Positions 1 through 8,953 of a stretch of 64,000 bases of DNA are shown piece by piece. The position numbers and the translations under genes were made by a program. The notes below the pieces were generated by a model, which was not told the DNA's origin, ran no database searches, and was given only the letters and a program-made list of their open reading frames with translations. Numbering within the stretch: the stretch's first letter is position 1; each line of letters begins with the position of its first letter. This DNA is from Dehalococcoidia bacterium (GTDB lineage Bacteria > Chloroflexota > Dehalococcoidia > Dehalococcoidales > BS750m-G39), in NCBI GenBank assembly GCA_050123275.1, contig JASFHK010000005.1, positions 9,887-73,886 on the forward strand, in the 5' to 3' direction.

Positions 1-864
1 GCCTTGCAGCTCTTCGACGACGTGGTGCTCAAGAACAAAGAGTACGTCGATCTGGTCACCGGCGACATTTACGCCCACAAGACCTATTACATGGGTCTGG
101 TGGACGATAAAAACCGGGTCAACTTCTACGACGGGACGATAAGAGTGGTCGACCCCGAAGGTAAAGAATACACCAAATTCAAGGCGCAGAACTACCTCGA
201 CCACATCCGCGAGCACGTCGAGCCCTGGACCTACGTCCGCTTCTCCTACCTGAAGAACGTGGGCTGGAAGGGCTTTGTCGACGGCAAGGAGAGCGGGGTT
301 TACCGCGTGGCGCCGCTGGCGCGCTTGAACGCCTCCGACGGCATGGCCACGCCGCTGGCCCAGGAAGCCTACGAGAAGATGTTCGCCACGCTGGGCGGCA
401 AGCCGGTGCACAGCACGCTGGCCTTCCACTGGGCGCGCCTGGTGGAGGCGCTCTACGCCAGCGAGAGGGTGCTGGAGCTGGCCAAAGACCCCGAGATTAC
501 CTCGGACGATATCGTTAACCTGCCCACCCAGGCCCCCAAGGAGGGGATGGGTGTGGTGGAAGCCCCCCGGGGCACCCTTATCCACCATTACCAGACCGAC
601 GAAAAGGGTATTCTTACCGGGGTGAACCTGATTGTGGCCACCCAGAACAACTCGGCGGCAATCAATATGTCTGTGGAAAAAGCAGCCAAGGCGCTGATAA
701 AGAACGGAGACGTTCCCGACGGGATTCTGAACATGATCGAGATGGCTTTCCGTGCCTATGACCCCTGCCATGCCTGTGCCACTCATTCTCTGCCGGGGCG
801 GACGCCCCTCGAAGTGAACGTCTACGATGCCGGCGGCGACTTGGTGAAAAGAATGGTTAACTAG
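1..864 (+). CDS. [NiFe]-hydrogenase large subunit, C-terminal ~287 aa (5' end outside window); cytosolic group-3-like
   Basis: The frame is open from base 1. It has an EAPRGTLIHH motif and the C-terminal Ni-Fe ligand motif DPCHACATH, followed by a ~25-aa tail of the kind removed by the maturation endopeptidase. mvhD and the hyp genes follow. Confidence 0.85.
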   Translation, partial: ALQLFDDVVLKNKEYVDLVTGDIYAHKTYYMGLVDDKNRVNFYDGTIRVVDPEGKEYTKFKAQNYLDHIREHVEPWTYVRFSYLKNVGWKGFVDGKESGVYRVAPLARLNASDGMATPLAQEAYEKMFATLGGKPVHSTLAFHWARLVEALYASERVLELAKDPEITSDDIVNLPTQAPKEGMGVVEAPRGTLIHHYQTDEKGILTGVNLIVATQNNSAAINMSVEKAAKALIKNGDVPDGILNMIEMAFRAYDPCHACATHSLPGRTPLEVNVYDAGGDLVKRMVN

Positions 865-881
865 ATTAGGAGTCAGCAGGG

Positions 882-3125
882 ATGAAGCCAATACTGGTAG
901 TAGATGACGAAGTCATCATGAGAGAGTCCTTACGGGACTGGTTGAGCAGCGACGGTTATCAGGTAGAGATTGCCGAAGACGGCGAGGAGGCCTTGAAGGC
1001 GGTTGCCGAGCAGGAGTTCAGCATTGCCATCCTCGACATGGCTTTGCCGAGGATGAACGGCATCGAGGTCTTCCGGGAAGCCAGAGCCAAGAACCCCAAG
1101 CTCAAGGGGATAATCATCACCGCTTATCCCTCGGTGCGGACGGCGGTGGAGGCGATGAAGGAAGGGGTGGTCGATTACCTGTCCAAACCCTTCCCGCTCA
1201 ACAAGCTGGAAGCGGTAATCCGCAACGCACTGGGCCCCGTCCAGGTGGAGGTTAAGCCCAAAGACGAGGTAGCTCCGGCTGAAGTCGAGCCGCCGCTAGT
1301 CGAAGAGGCGCCGCTGGAAGAGAGGGGGCGGGTCGAGGAAGCCGTCGATTTGGCCACCGGCCAGATATGCTTGCCGCCCTGCCAGATAGCCTGTCCTATC
1401 GGCGAGGACATCCAGCGCACCAACGCCATGATTTCCCTGCTGCCCCTTGACGAAGAGCAGGCCTACGACCAGATAATTAAAATCGGCGACGAAATCCATC
1501 AGCAAAACCCACTGTTCACAGTCTGCAGCTTTATCTGCGGGCTTTGCGAGCGGGAGTGCAACTATAAAGACCACACCGGCGCCGTCAGAAGGATGATGCT
1601 GAAGCGGTTTATCACCCATCACTATATTCCCTATCTGGATAACAAGCTCCCCTTGCCCTATCCCACCAAGGAAAAAGTGGCCGTTATCGGCGGCGGCCCC
1701 GGTGGATTGATGTGCGCCTACCGGTTGGTGCAAAAGGGTTACCGGGTAACCATCATGGAAAGAGACTCCCATCTGGGGGGCGCCCTGCGCTACATTCCCC
1801 AGTACCGTCTGCCGACGCGGGTTATCGATAGCACCCTGAATAACCTGGTCAGGCTGGGCCATATCGAAGTCCGTTTCGGCGTTGAGATGGGCGAAGACCG
1901 TAACTCGCTGGAAAAGCTCTATCGCGAGGGTTTCCGGGCGGTGTTTATCGCCACCGGCACTCTTGACCCACGGCCGCTGATGATGGCCAGGGAGACGCTG
2001 GCCGGCGCCGACCTGGACGGCGTTATCTCCGGGCTCTATCTTCTCCACGATATCAACCGGGGCAAGACACCGCCCCGCTTCTACCGTCAGCTTTTGTGGC
2101 ACAAGAAAGTGATTGTTATCGGCGGCGGCAACGTCGCCTTCGATGTCGCCCGCACGGTGAGACGGCTGGGCGGCGACGTGACCATGGTCTGCCTGGAGAA
2201 CGCGGACCAGACTTCCCGGGACAAGCTTCCCGCCGAAGCCGAGGAGGTCGAGGGCGCTTTACAGGAAGGCATCCTGATAAACTACAGCCGGGGGGTGGAG
2301 GAGATTATCGGTGAGGACGGCCGTTTCAAGGCGATAAAGTGCCCGCGTTGCACCTCGGTCTTCGATAGCAAGGGCTTCAACCCCAAGTTCGACCACGACG
2401 ACGTTATCTACCTCGAAGGTGACGTGCTCATGGTTACCATCGGCCAGGGGGTGGAGCGGGCGTTCTTCCGCCGCGAGGAGCTGCTCGACCAGAAGGGCCG
2501 GCTCGATGTCGACCCGAACACCCTGATGAGCTACCGCAAAGAGGGAGTCTTTATCGGTGGCGACGCCCGTCGGGTGGGCTTTGCCGCCGAGGCGATGAGG
2601 GACGGGGTGGTGGCCGCCGAGTCGATCGACAGCTACTTGAGGGGCGAGGAAATGAAAACGGGGCCGGTGGGCTATCAGAAGGCCGCCTTCCCCGAGCTTT
2701 CCCACTACAAGCCCCAGCCGGAGGTCACCTGGCTGCCGGTGAAAGACCGGCTGAACTTCGAACCCTTCGAGAAGAGGTTTACCCTGGAGGAAGCGGTGGC
2801 CGAGGCCAAGCGCTGTCTCTGCTGCGGGCCCTGCCAGAGCTGCAAGGGCTGCGTGATGATGGGGTTGCAGCCCCGTATCGCCGAGATTGCCCTTAACGAG
2901 GACTTGTGCAGCGGCTGCGGCGTCTGCGTGGCGGTATGCCCTTACGACGCGCTGCGGCTCATCAATAGATACGGCGGGCCGGTGGCGAACGTGGACGAAA
3001 TCAAGTGCAAGCGCTGCGGCCTTTGCGCCAGCTCTTGCCCGTCCGGGGCGATAAACATAAAAGACGACCTGGCGGTGGATATCGCCAGTGCTTATCAAAT
3101 GTTAGAAGAAAGGGGCGAGCTATGA
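882..3125 (+). CDS. Response-regulator receiver (REC) domain fused to a GltD-like FAD/NAD(P)-binding oxidoreductase and a C-terminal 2x[4Fe-4S] ferredoxin domain
   Basis: The N-terminus has REC hallmarks: VVDDE, AILDMALP and LSKPF. An E/P/V-rich linker follows, then a Cys-rich Fe-S region (CLPPCQIACP, CSFICGLCERECN). Two Rossmann motifs are present (VIGGGPGG, VIGGGNVAFD). The C-terminus carries CSGCGVCVAVCP and CKRCGLCASSCP. The start is 17 nt after the hydrogenase gene. Confidence 0.75.
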   Translation: MKPILVVDDEVIMRESLRDWLSSDGYQVEIAEDGEEALKAVAEQEFSIAILDMALPRMNGIEVFREARAKNPKLKGIIITAYPSVRTAVEAMKEGVVDYLSKPFPLNKLEAVIRNALGPVQVEVKPKDEVAPAEVEPPLVEEAPLEERGRVEEAVDLATGQICLPPCQIACPIGEDIQRTNAMISLLPLDEEQAYDQIIKIGDEIHQQNPLFTVCSFICGLCERECNYKDHTGAVRRMMLKRFITHHYIPYLDNKLPLPYPTKEKVAVIGGGPGGLMCAYRLVQKGYRVTIMERDSHLGGALRYIPQYRLPTRVIDSTLNNLVRLGHIEVRFGVEMGEDRNSLEKLYREGFRAVFIATGTLDPRPLMMARETLAGADLDGVISGLYLLHDINRGKTPPRFYRQLLWHKKVIVIGGGNVAFDVARTVRRLGGDVTMVCLENADQTSRDKLPAEAEEVEGALQEGILINYSRGVEEIIGEDGRFKAIKCPRCTSVFDSKGFNPKFDHDDVIYLEGDVLMVTIGQGVERAFFRREELLDQKGRLDVDPNTLMSYRKEGVFIGGDARRVGFAAEAMRDGVVAAESIDSYLRGEEMKTGPVGYQKAAFPELSHYKPQPEVTWLPVKDRLNFEPFEKRFTLEEAVAEAKRCLCCGPCQSCKGCVMMGLQPRIAEIALNEDLCSGCGVCVAVCPYDALRLINRYGGPVANVDEIKCKRCGLCASSCPSGAINIKDDLAVDIASAYQMLEERGEL

Positions 3126-3340
3126 AGGAGAAAGTAGAGCAAGCCTTAGCTAAGATAAAACCGGCTCTACAGGCCGACGGCGGTGATGTCGAGCTGGTGG
3201 CGGTGGAGGGGGGCACGGTTAAGGTTAAGCTGACCGGAGCTTGCGCCGGATGCCCGGTGGCCAGCATAACCCTGAAGCAGGGCATCGAGCGGTTGCTCAA
3301 GGAGCAGATCGCCGAGGTCAAAGAGGTGGTCGCCGTCTAA
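3122..3340 (+). CDS. NifU C-terminal-domain-like Fe-S cluster scaffold/carrier protein (72 aa)
   Basis: The internal ATG at 3122 overlaps the upstream stop (ATGA). The motif LTGACAGCPVASITLKQGIE is typical of the NifU-like CxxC domain. Confidence 0.7.
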   Translation: MKEKVEQALAKIKPALQADGGDVELVAVEGGTVKVKLTGACAGCPVASITLKQGIERLLKEQIAEVKEVVAV

Positions 3341-3363
3341 AACGGCGCCACGGGGTTTGACTG

Positions 3364-3579
3364 ATGCCGATATACGAATACGTTTGCGATAAGTGCCATT
3401 CGAAATTCGAGTTGCTCAAGCCGATGAGCCAGTCGGGGGATGATGCCGCCTGCCCTAAGTGCGGCGGCAGTGCCCGGCGGGCGCTTTCGGCATTCGCCCG
3501 CAGCTCCAACGGAGACGAGTCTTCGGGGAGCGCTTGCAGCACCTGTGGCTCCAGCGATTGCAGCTCCTGTTCACTCTAG
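3364..3579 (+). CDS. FmdB-family zinc-ribbon protein
   Basis: The N-terminus MPIYEYVCDKCHSKFE ... CPKCGG matches the CxxC-X-CxxC FmdB/zinc-ribbon signature. The tail is Cys/Ser-rich. Confidence 0.7.
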   Translation: MPIYEYVCDKCHSKFELLKPMSQSGDDAACPKCGGSARRALSAFARSSNGDESSGSACSTCGSSDCSSCSL

Positions 3580-3594
3580 ACGGGGAGGCGAATT

Positions 3595-3831
3595 ATGCCG
3601 GATACGCAGTTTTCCTGCCATTCCTGCGGTAAAATCGCCGAGGGTGCTCCCGGAGCGACCCCCTGCGAGACGTTGCAGGGCTGGCTGACCGTCTCTTCCT
3701 GGGAGGGGCCGGGGGTGGTGGAGCACTATAACTTTTGCTCGTACAGCTGCCTGGAGTCCTGGGCGGAGAAGAAGGTGCCCAGAGTGCCCGGTGTGTTCCT
3801 GGATTCTTTTAAGGAAGATAAGAGTAAGTAG
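3595..3831 (+). CDS. Hypothetical Cys-containing small protein (78 aa)
   Basis: The ORF sits in the co-directional gene string and has a CHSCGK motif plus further Cys residues. I recognise no family. Confidence 0.4.
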   Translation: MPDTQFSCHSCGKIAEGAPGATPCETLQGWLTVSSWEGPGVVEHYNFCSYSCLESWAEKKVPRVPGVFLDSFKEDKSK

Positions 3832-3837
3832 ATAGAA

Positions 3838-4287
3838 ATGAATACGCTGGTGCTGGGGATGGGTAACCCCATCCTCACCGACGACGGTGTCGGCATTGAG
3901 ATTGCCCACCGGCTCAAGGAGAGAAAACCCGAACTAGACGTAGAAGAAACCAGCGAGGCCGGAATCGCTTTGCTCGACTTTATCGTGGGCTACGACAGGC
4001 TGATTATCGTTGATTCGATAAAGACGGAAAAGGGGAAACCCGGAGAGCTTTACAAGCTGGATATTGGGGCGCTGAAGCCCACCGCACATCTTACCTCTTT
4101 GCACGGCGTGGATATCGCCACCGCTTTCGAGCTAGGGCAAAAGTTTGGCTACCATATGCCCCGGCAGGTCAGTATATACGCCGTGGAGGTTAAGGATAAC
4201 ACCTCTTTCGGTGAGGAGTGCACCGAGGAGGTGGGAAGCCGGGTTTCACTCATCACTGAGCAAATAATAGGGGAGGAAAAGCTGTGA
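3838..4287 (+). CDS. Hydrogenase maturation endopeptidase (HycI/HoxW/FrhD family)
   Basis: The N-terminus LVLGMGNPILTDDGVG and a later HGVD motif are characteristic of the family. It lies within the hydrogenase/hyp context. Confidence 0.8.
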   Translation: MNTLVLGMGNPILTDDGVGIEIAHRLKERKPELDVEETSEAGIALLDFIVGYDRLIIVDSIKTEKGKPGELYKLDIGALKPTAHLTSLHGVDIATAFELGQKFGYHMPRQVSIYAVEVKDNTSFGEECTEEVGSRVSLITEQIIGEEKL

Positions 4288-4736
4288 CGCAGACTATTGA
4301 AGCCAAAGCCGCGACGGAAAAACCCAAGTCGGGATTTAAGCCCAAGATTATCGTTTTCTGCTGCAACTGGTGTTCCTACGCCGGTGCCGACCTGGCGGGC
4401 ACCTCCAGGCTTAAAATCAACCCTAACTTCCGCGTAATCCGCACCATGTGCTCGGGCCGGGTGGAGCCTTCCTTTATTTTCCATGCTTTCGCCAAGGGTG
4501 CCGACGGGGTGATGGTGGCTGGTTGCCACCCCGGCGATTGCCACTACAGCTCGGGCAACTACAAGGCGCGACGCCGCATGTTGCTGCTCAAGAAGACGCT
4601 CCCCCAGCTCGGCATAGAGCCGGAGAGGTTGAAACTGGAATGGATTTCCGCCTCCGAAGGCAGTAAGTTCCGCAACGAGGTCAACGAGTTCGTCGACGAG
4701 GTCACAGCGCTGGGCCCCCTCCACAACGGTAAATAA
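4284..4736 (+). CDS. mvhD: Methyl-viologen-reducing hydrogenase delta subunit (MvhD) family protein
   Basis: The FCCNWCSYAGADLAG ... CSGRV ... GCHPGDCHY Cys pattern is typical of MvhD. The GTG start overlaps the protease stop. Confidence 0.8.
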   Translation: MTQTIEAKAATEKPKSGFKPKIIVFCCNWCSYAGADLAGTSRLKINPNFRVIRTMCSGRVEPSFIFHAFAKGADGVMVAGCHPGDCHYSSGNYKARRRMLLLKKTLPQLGIEPERLKLEWISASEGSKFRNEVNEFVDEVTALGPLHNGK

Positions 4737-4760
4737 AGAGTCCTCCCCCTGAAGGCGGAT

Positions 4761-7067
4761 ATGCTGACCAAACTAGGGAGATTGGCGAGAATAAACGTGC
4801 GTGGGGTGGTGCAGGGAGTCGGCTTCAGACCCTTTATCTACCGCTTGGCCTCCAAGCATGAGCTGAAAGGGCGCGTGCGCAACACCTCGGGCAGCGTGGA
4901 GATAGAGGCAGAGGGGGATGAGGCCAGGCTCAACCGCTTCATTGACGAAATCGAGACGAAAGCCCCGCCCATGGCGCGCATCGAGAGCGTCGCGGTCGGC
5001 TTTGCTTCCCCCAAGGGCTATTCCGATTTCAGCATCGCCGGGAGTTTGAGCCGGCAGGGGCACTACCAGCTGGTCTCGCCCGATATCGCCACTTGTCCCG
5101 ACTGCAAAAGAGAAATCTTCGCTGCCGCTGATAGACGTTATCGTTACGCTTTTACCAATTGCACCAACTGCGGGCCGCGCTTTACCATTATCGAGGACAT
5201 TCCCTACGACCGTCCCAAGACCACGATGCGCGCTTTCGAGATGTGCCCGCTCTGCCAGAGAGAATACGATAATCCGCTCGACAGGCGCTTTCACGCCCAG
5301 CCCAACGCCTGCCCGGTCTGCGGGCCGAAGCTGGAGCTGGTCGATAACGATGGTCGTGCCGTTGACTGCGAAGACGTCATTCAAGCCGCTGCACGTTTGC
5401 TCAAAGAGGGCAAAATACTGGCGGTAAAGGGGTTGGGCGGCTTTCAGCTGGCCTGCGATGCCACCGACGAAGGTATCGTCAATCTGCTTCGGCAGAGGAA
5501 GCACCGCCCCTCAAAACCTTTTGCTGTGATGATGGCTGCCGTAGATGAGGTGGAAAAGCACTGCCATGTCTCCGCCGAGGAACGGGCGTTGCTCGAATCG
5601 CCCCAGGCGCCCATCGTCCTCCTGCGCTGGCAAGAAGGCTCCGACATCGCCGGGGCGGTGGCTCCCGAACTGAAATACCTGGGGGTGATGCTGCCCTACA
5701 CGCCGTTGCACCACCTGCTAATGCATGAGGTCGGCTTACCACTGGTAATGACCAGTGGCAACCTGAGCGAGGAGCCCATCGCTAAGGACAACGACGAGGC
5801 CTTGCGGCGCCTCAATAATATTGCCGACTACTTCATCATGCATAACCGCGGTATCTACGCCCGCTACGACGACAGCGTGACCATGGTGGAAGGCGGCGCG
5901 CCGCAACTATTGAGAAGGGCGCGGGGCTACGCCCCCTATCCCGTTTTTCTGCCCTTCAAAGCCGGGCAGATACTGGCCTGCGGCGCCGAGGACAAGAACA
6001 CCTTTTGCTTAACCAGAAACGAGCACGCTTTCCTCAGCCAGCACATCGGCGACATGGAAAACGAGGAAACACTGGAGCATTTCGCCGATACCATCGGGCT
6101 TTATAAAAAGCTCTTCCGGGTCAAGCCGGAGATCATCGCCCACGATATGCATCCCGAATATCTGGCGACCAAGTACGCACTGGAACTGGGCGCGGATAGC
6201 GGATTGCCCCTGGTGCCCGTGCAGCACCACCATGCCCACATCGCCAGCTGTATGGTGGAGAACGGCATAGAGGAGCCGGTTATCGGCGTCGCCTTCGACG
6301 GCACGGGCTACGGCGCCGACGGCACCATCTGGGGCGGCGAGTTCCTTGTCGCCGACTACAAGGGTTTCCAAAGGGTGGGGCATTTCGACAACGTGCCCCT
6401 GCCGGGCGGAGCGGCGGCCATCAAGAAGCCAAACCGCATGGCCTTGAGCTATCTTTACACGCTTCTGGGCGAGGACTTCGATTTGTCCGGTTTGCCCTTG
6501 GCTACCGTCGACGCTGCTGAAGTTGATATAATCAAACAACAGCTTAAAAAGAAAATAAACTCCCCCTTGACCTCGAGCGCGGGGCGGCTCTTCGACGCCG
6601 TCTCGGCGCTGGCGGGGGTGCGGGGAGAGATTAACTACGAGGCGCAGGCGGCCATCGAGCTGGAGATGCTCGCCGCCGATGCGCCGGATAATACCGATGC
6701 CTACCCCTTTGTTATCAATAGTGAGAATGGATTAGGTATAATTAGATTAGGTGAGTTATGGTCGTCTCTGGTGAGCGATGTTAAGAATAAGGTATCAAAT
6801 TCGTTAGTTTCGCGAAGGCTTCACAATACGATAGCCAGGATAACCGCCGACATGTGCCGTTCTGTCTCGCAGGACACCGGTCTAAGGCGGGTGGCTTTGA
6901 GCGGCGGCGTTTTTCAGAACCGGCTTCTATTGCGGTTGACCACCGCTGCCTTAAAAAATGAAGGCTTCGAGGTCATCACTCACCGGCTGGTGCCGCCCAA
7001 CGACGGCGGCGTGTCACTGGGCCAGGCGGTGATTGCCCATTTCAATAACGGGGAGGTAAGACAATGA
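4761..7067 (+). CDS. hypF: Carbamoyltransferase HypF
   Basis: The 768-aa protein has an acylphosphatase-like N-terminus (VRGVVQGVGFRPFIYRLA) and four CxxC zinc-finger motifs (CPDC, CTNC, CPLC, CPVC). YrdC-like and Kae1-like regions follow. Confidence 0.95.
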   Translation: MLTKLGRLARINVRGVVQGVGFRPFIYRLASKHELKGRVRNTSGSVEIEAEGDEARLNRFIDEIETKAPPMARIESVAVGFASPKGYSDFSIAGSLSRQGHYQLVSPDIATCPDCKREIFAAADRRYRYAFTNCTNCGPRFTIIEDIPYDRPKTTMRAFEMCPLCQREYDNPLDRRFHAQPNACPVCGPKLELVDNDGRAVDCEDVIQAAARLLKEGKILAVKGLGGFQLACDATDEGIVNLLRQRKHRPSKPFAVMMAAVDEVEKHCHVSAEERALLESPQAPIVLLRWQEGSDIAGAVAPELKYLGVMLPYTPLHHLLMHEVGLPLVMTSGNLSEEPIAKDNDEALRRLNNIADYFIMHNRGIYARYDDSVTMVEGGAPQLLRRARGYAPYPVFLPFKAGQILACGAEDKNTFCLTRNEHAFLSQHIGDMENEETLEHFADTIGLYKKLFRVKPEIIAHDMHPEYLATKYALELGADSGLPLVPVQHHHAHIASCMVENGIEEPVIGVAFDGTGYGADGTIWGGEFLVADYKGFQRVGHFDNVPLPGGAAAIKKPNRMALSYLYTLLGEDFDLSGLPLATVDAAEVDIIKQQLKKKINSPLTSSAGRLFDAVSALAGVRGEINYEAQAAIELEMLAADAPDNTDAYPFVINSENGLGIIRLGELWSSLVSDVKNKVSNSLVSRRLHNTIARITADMCRSVSQDTGLRRVALSGGVFQNRLLLRLTTAALKNEGFEVITHRLVPPNDGGVSLGQAVIAHFNNGEVRQ

Positions 7068-7636
7068 AAAAAGTGAAGATGGGCCCCCAGCTCATGCTCT
7101 GGCCGCACCCCACCACGCTGGTCGGGGCCGATGTCGACGGTAAGCCGGACTTCGCCGCCGTGGCCTGGGCCGGCGTCGCCGCCGGTACGCCGCCGGCGGT
7201 GGCTGTCGCGTTGCAGCACCCGCGCTACTCGCTGAAAGGTATCCGCCGCAACCTGACCTTCTCGGTCAATATCCCTTCCCGCGAGCTGGTCAAGGAGACC
7301 GACTACTGCGGCCTCATCTCCGGCGCCAAGACCGACAAGGTCGAAGACTGTAAGTTCAAGGTGTTTTACGGCCAGACGCCCAACGCCCCGCTTATCGAGC
7401 AGTGCCCCATCAACCTGGAGTGCGAGGTGGTGCACATCCTCAACATGGGCAGCCACGCTCTGGTCGTGGGCAAGGTGGTGGAGACCCATGTCTCCGAAGA
7501 CTGTCTGACCGACGGCAAGGCCGATATCGATAAGGTCAAGCCGTTCGTCTTCGCTCCCGGTGGCTACCACGCCGTCGGCGAGACTTTCGCCCCCGCCTTC
7601 AAAATCGGCCGGGAAATAAAGGATATTCGAGGATAA
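7064..7636 (+). CDS. Flavin reductase-like (FMN-binding split-barrel) domain protein
   Basis: The 190-aa sequence resembles the flavin reductase domain family. It has an ATGA overlap with hypF and lies between hypF and hypC. Confidence 0.7.
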   Translation: MKKVKMGPQLMLWPHPTTLVGADVDGKPDFAAVAWAGVAAGTPPAVAVALQHPRYSLKGIRRNLTFSVNIPSRELVKETDYCGLISGAKTDKVEDCKFKVFYGQTPNAPLIEQCPINLECEVVHILNMGSHALVVGKVVETHVSEDCLTDGKADIDKVKPFVFAPGGYHAVGETFAPAFKIGREIKDIRG

Positions 7637-7637
7637 C

Positions 7638-7862
7638 ATGTGCCTGGCGATACCCGCCCTGATTACCTCCATAGACGGTAAGGAGGCCGATGTCGAAATC
7701 GGCGGCATCAGCCGTCGCATCAACCTCTGGCTCACCCCCGAAGCCAAAGTTGGGGACTACGTGCTGGTGCACACCGGCTACGCCATCAACGTCCTCGACC
7801 AGGAGGACGCTAAAGAGACGCTGGATATTTTGCGCCAGATAGCCGAGGGGGTGGAGGATTGA
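7638..7862 (+). CDS. hypC: Hydrogenase assembly chaperone HypC
   Basis: It has the MCLAIPA N-terminus with the essential Cys2 and is 74 aa long. Confidence 0.9.
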   Translation: MCLAIPALITSIDGKEADVEIGGISRRINLWLTPEAKVGDYVLVHTGYAINVLDQEDAKETLDILRQIAEGVED

Positions 7863-8953
7863 AGTATGTCACCGAGTTCCGCAGCTCGGAGCTGGGGGAG
7901 GGGCTGGTTTCCCGCATCGGGCGGCTCTCCAAGAAAAAGGCGCGTTTCATGGAGTTCTGCGGCGGGCACACCGTGACCATATTCAGGTACGGCATCCGCC
8001 AGCTTCTGCCGCCGACCATTGAGATGGTATCGGGGCCGGGCTGTCCCATCTGCGTCACCGCCAACGCCGACCTGGACAAGGCGATGGCGCTGGCTGAAAT
8101 CCCCGGCGTCATTATCGCCACCTTCGGCGACATGCTTAAGGTGCCGGGGAGCCGTTCCAGCCTGGAAAAGGCCAAGGCCGGCGGCGCCGAGGTGCAAACG
8201 GTCTATTCCACCACGGACGCACTGGATATCGCTAAAGCTAACCCCGACAAACCGGTGGTTTTTCTGGGCATCGGCTTCGAGACCACGGCGCCCACCGTGG
8301 CCGCCTCCATACTCCAGGCGGAGGAGCAGAAAATAAAGAACTACTACGCGCTATCTTTACATAAAGTATGCCCGCCCGTGATTCGGGCCTTGCTCGATTC
8401 GGGTGAAGTGGAGCTTGAAGGGCTGGTCTGCCCGGGGCACGTGAGCACCGTTATCGGCTCGCATCCCTGGGAGTTTATCGCTAATGAATACGGCATTCCC
8501 TGCGTCATCTCCGGCTTCGAGCCGCTGGACATACTCCAGTGCGTCGAGATGCTGGTGGAGCAGGTGGAGAGGGGCGAGGCGCGCGTCGAGATAGCCTACA
8601 AGCGCGGTGTACGCCCCGAGGGCAACCGGATTGCCTTAAAGCTGATGGAGGGCGTTTTTGAGCCGTCTCCGGCCCGCTGGCGGGGAATGGGCGAGATTGC
8701 CGGCAGCGGACTTAAGATCAGGGAAAGATACCGGAGCTTCGATGCCGAAGCCGTTTTCGATATCAAAACAGCCCCGGCTGTGGAGCACAAGGGCTGTATT
8801 TGCGGCGAGATACTGCGCGGTGTTAAGACGCCCGACGACTGTAAGCTCTTCGGCAAGGCCTGCACGCCCCGCAACCCGGTGGGGCCCTGCATGGTCTCCG
8901 CTGAGGGCAGCTGCTCGGCTTACTATCTCTATGGAGGCGACGTTGGAGGATAA
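7859..8953 (+). CDS. hypD: Hydrogenase maturation factor HypD
   Basis: The TTG start overlaps the hypC stop. It has the SGPGCPICVT motif and is 364 aa long. Confidence 0.95.
   Translation: MKYVTEFRSSELGEGLVSRIGRLSKKKARFMEFCGGHTVTIFRYGIRQLLPPTIEMVSGPGCPICVTANADLDKAMALAEIPGVIIATFGDMLKVPGSRSSLEKAKAGGAEVQTVYSTTDALDIAKANPDKPVVFLGIGFETTAPTVAASILQAEEQKIKNYYALSLHKVCPPVIRALLDSGEVELEGLVCPGHVSTVIGSHPWEFIANEYGIPCVISGFEPLDILQCVEMLVEQVERGEARVEIAYKRGVRPEGNRIALKLMEGVFEPSPARWRGMGEIAGSGLKIRERYRSFDAEAVFDIKTAPAVEHKGCICGEILRGVKTPDDCKLFGKACTPRNPVGPCMVSAEGSCSAYYLYGGDVGG

Noticed and set aside
1-864. I considered a selenocysteine-containing (Vhu-type) hydrogenase large subunit.
   Set aside because: The C-terminal ligand motif is encoded as DPCHACATH with ordinary Cys codons, and there is no in-frame TGA.
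8658-8930. The ORF track implies N-terminal extensions for hypE (8658), the FAD subunit (31846), arlJ (40466), the giant protein (51788), Sir2 (55692) and archease (62646).
   Set aside because: The extensions overlap the preceding gene out of frame or lack SD sites. Internal ATGs preceded by GGAGG-like sites give N-termini that match the families.
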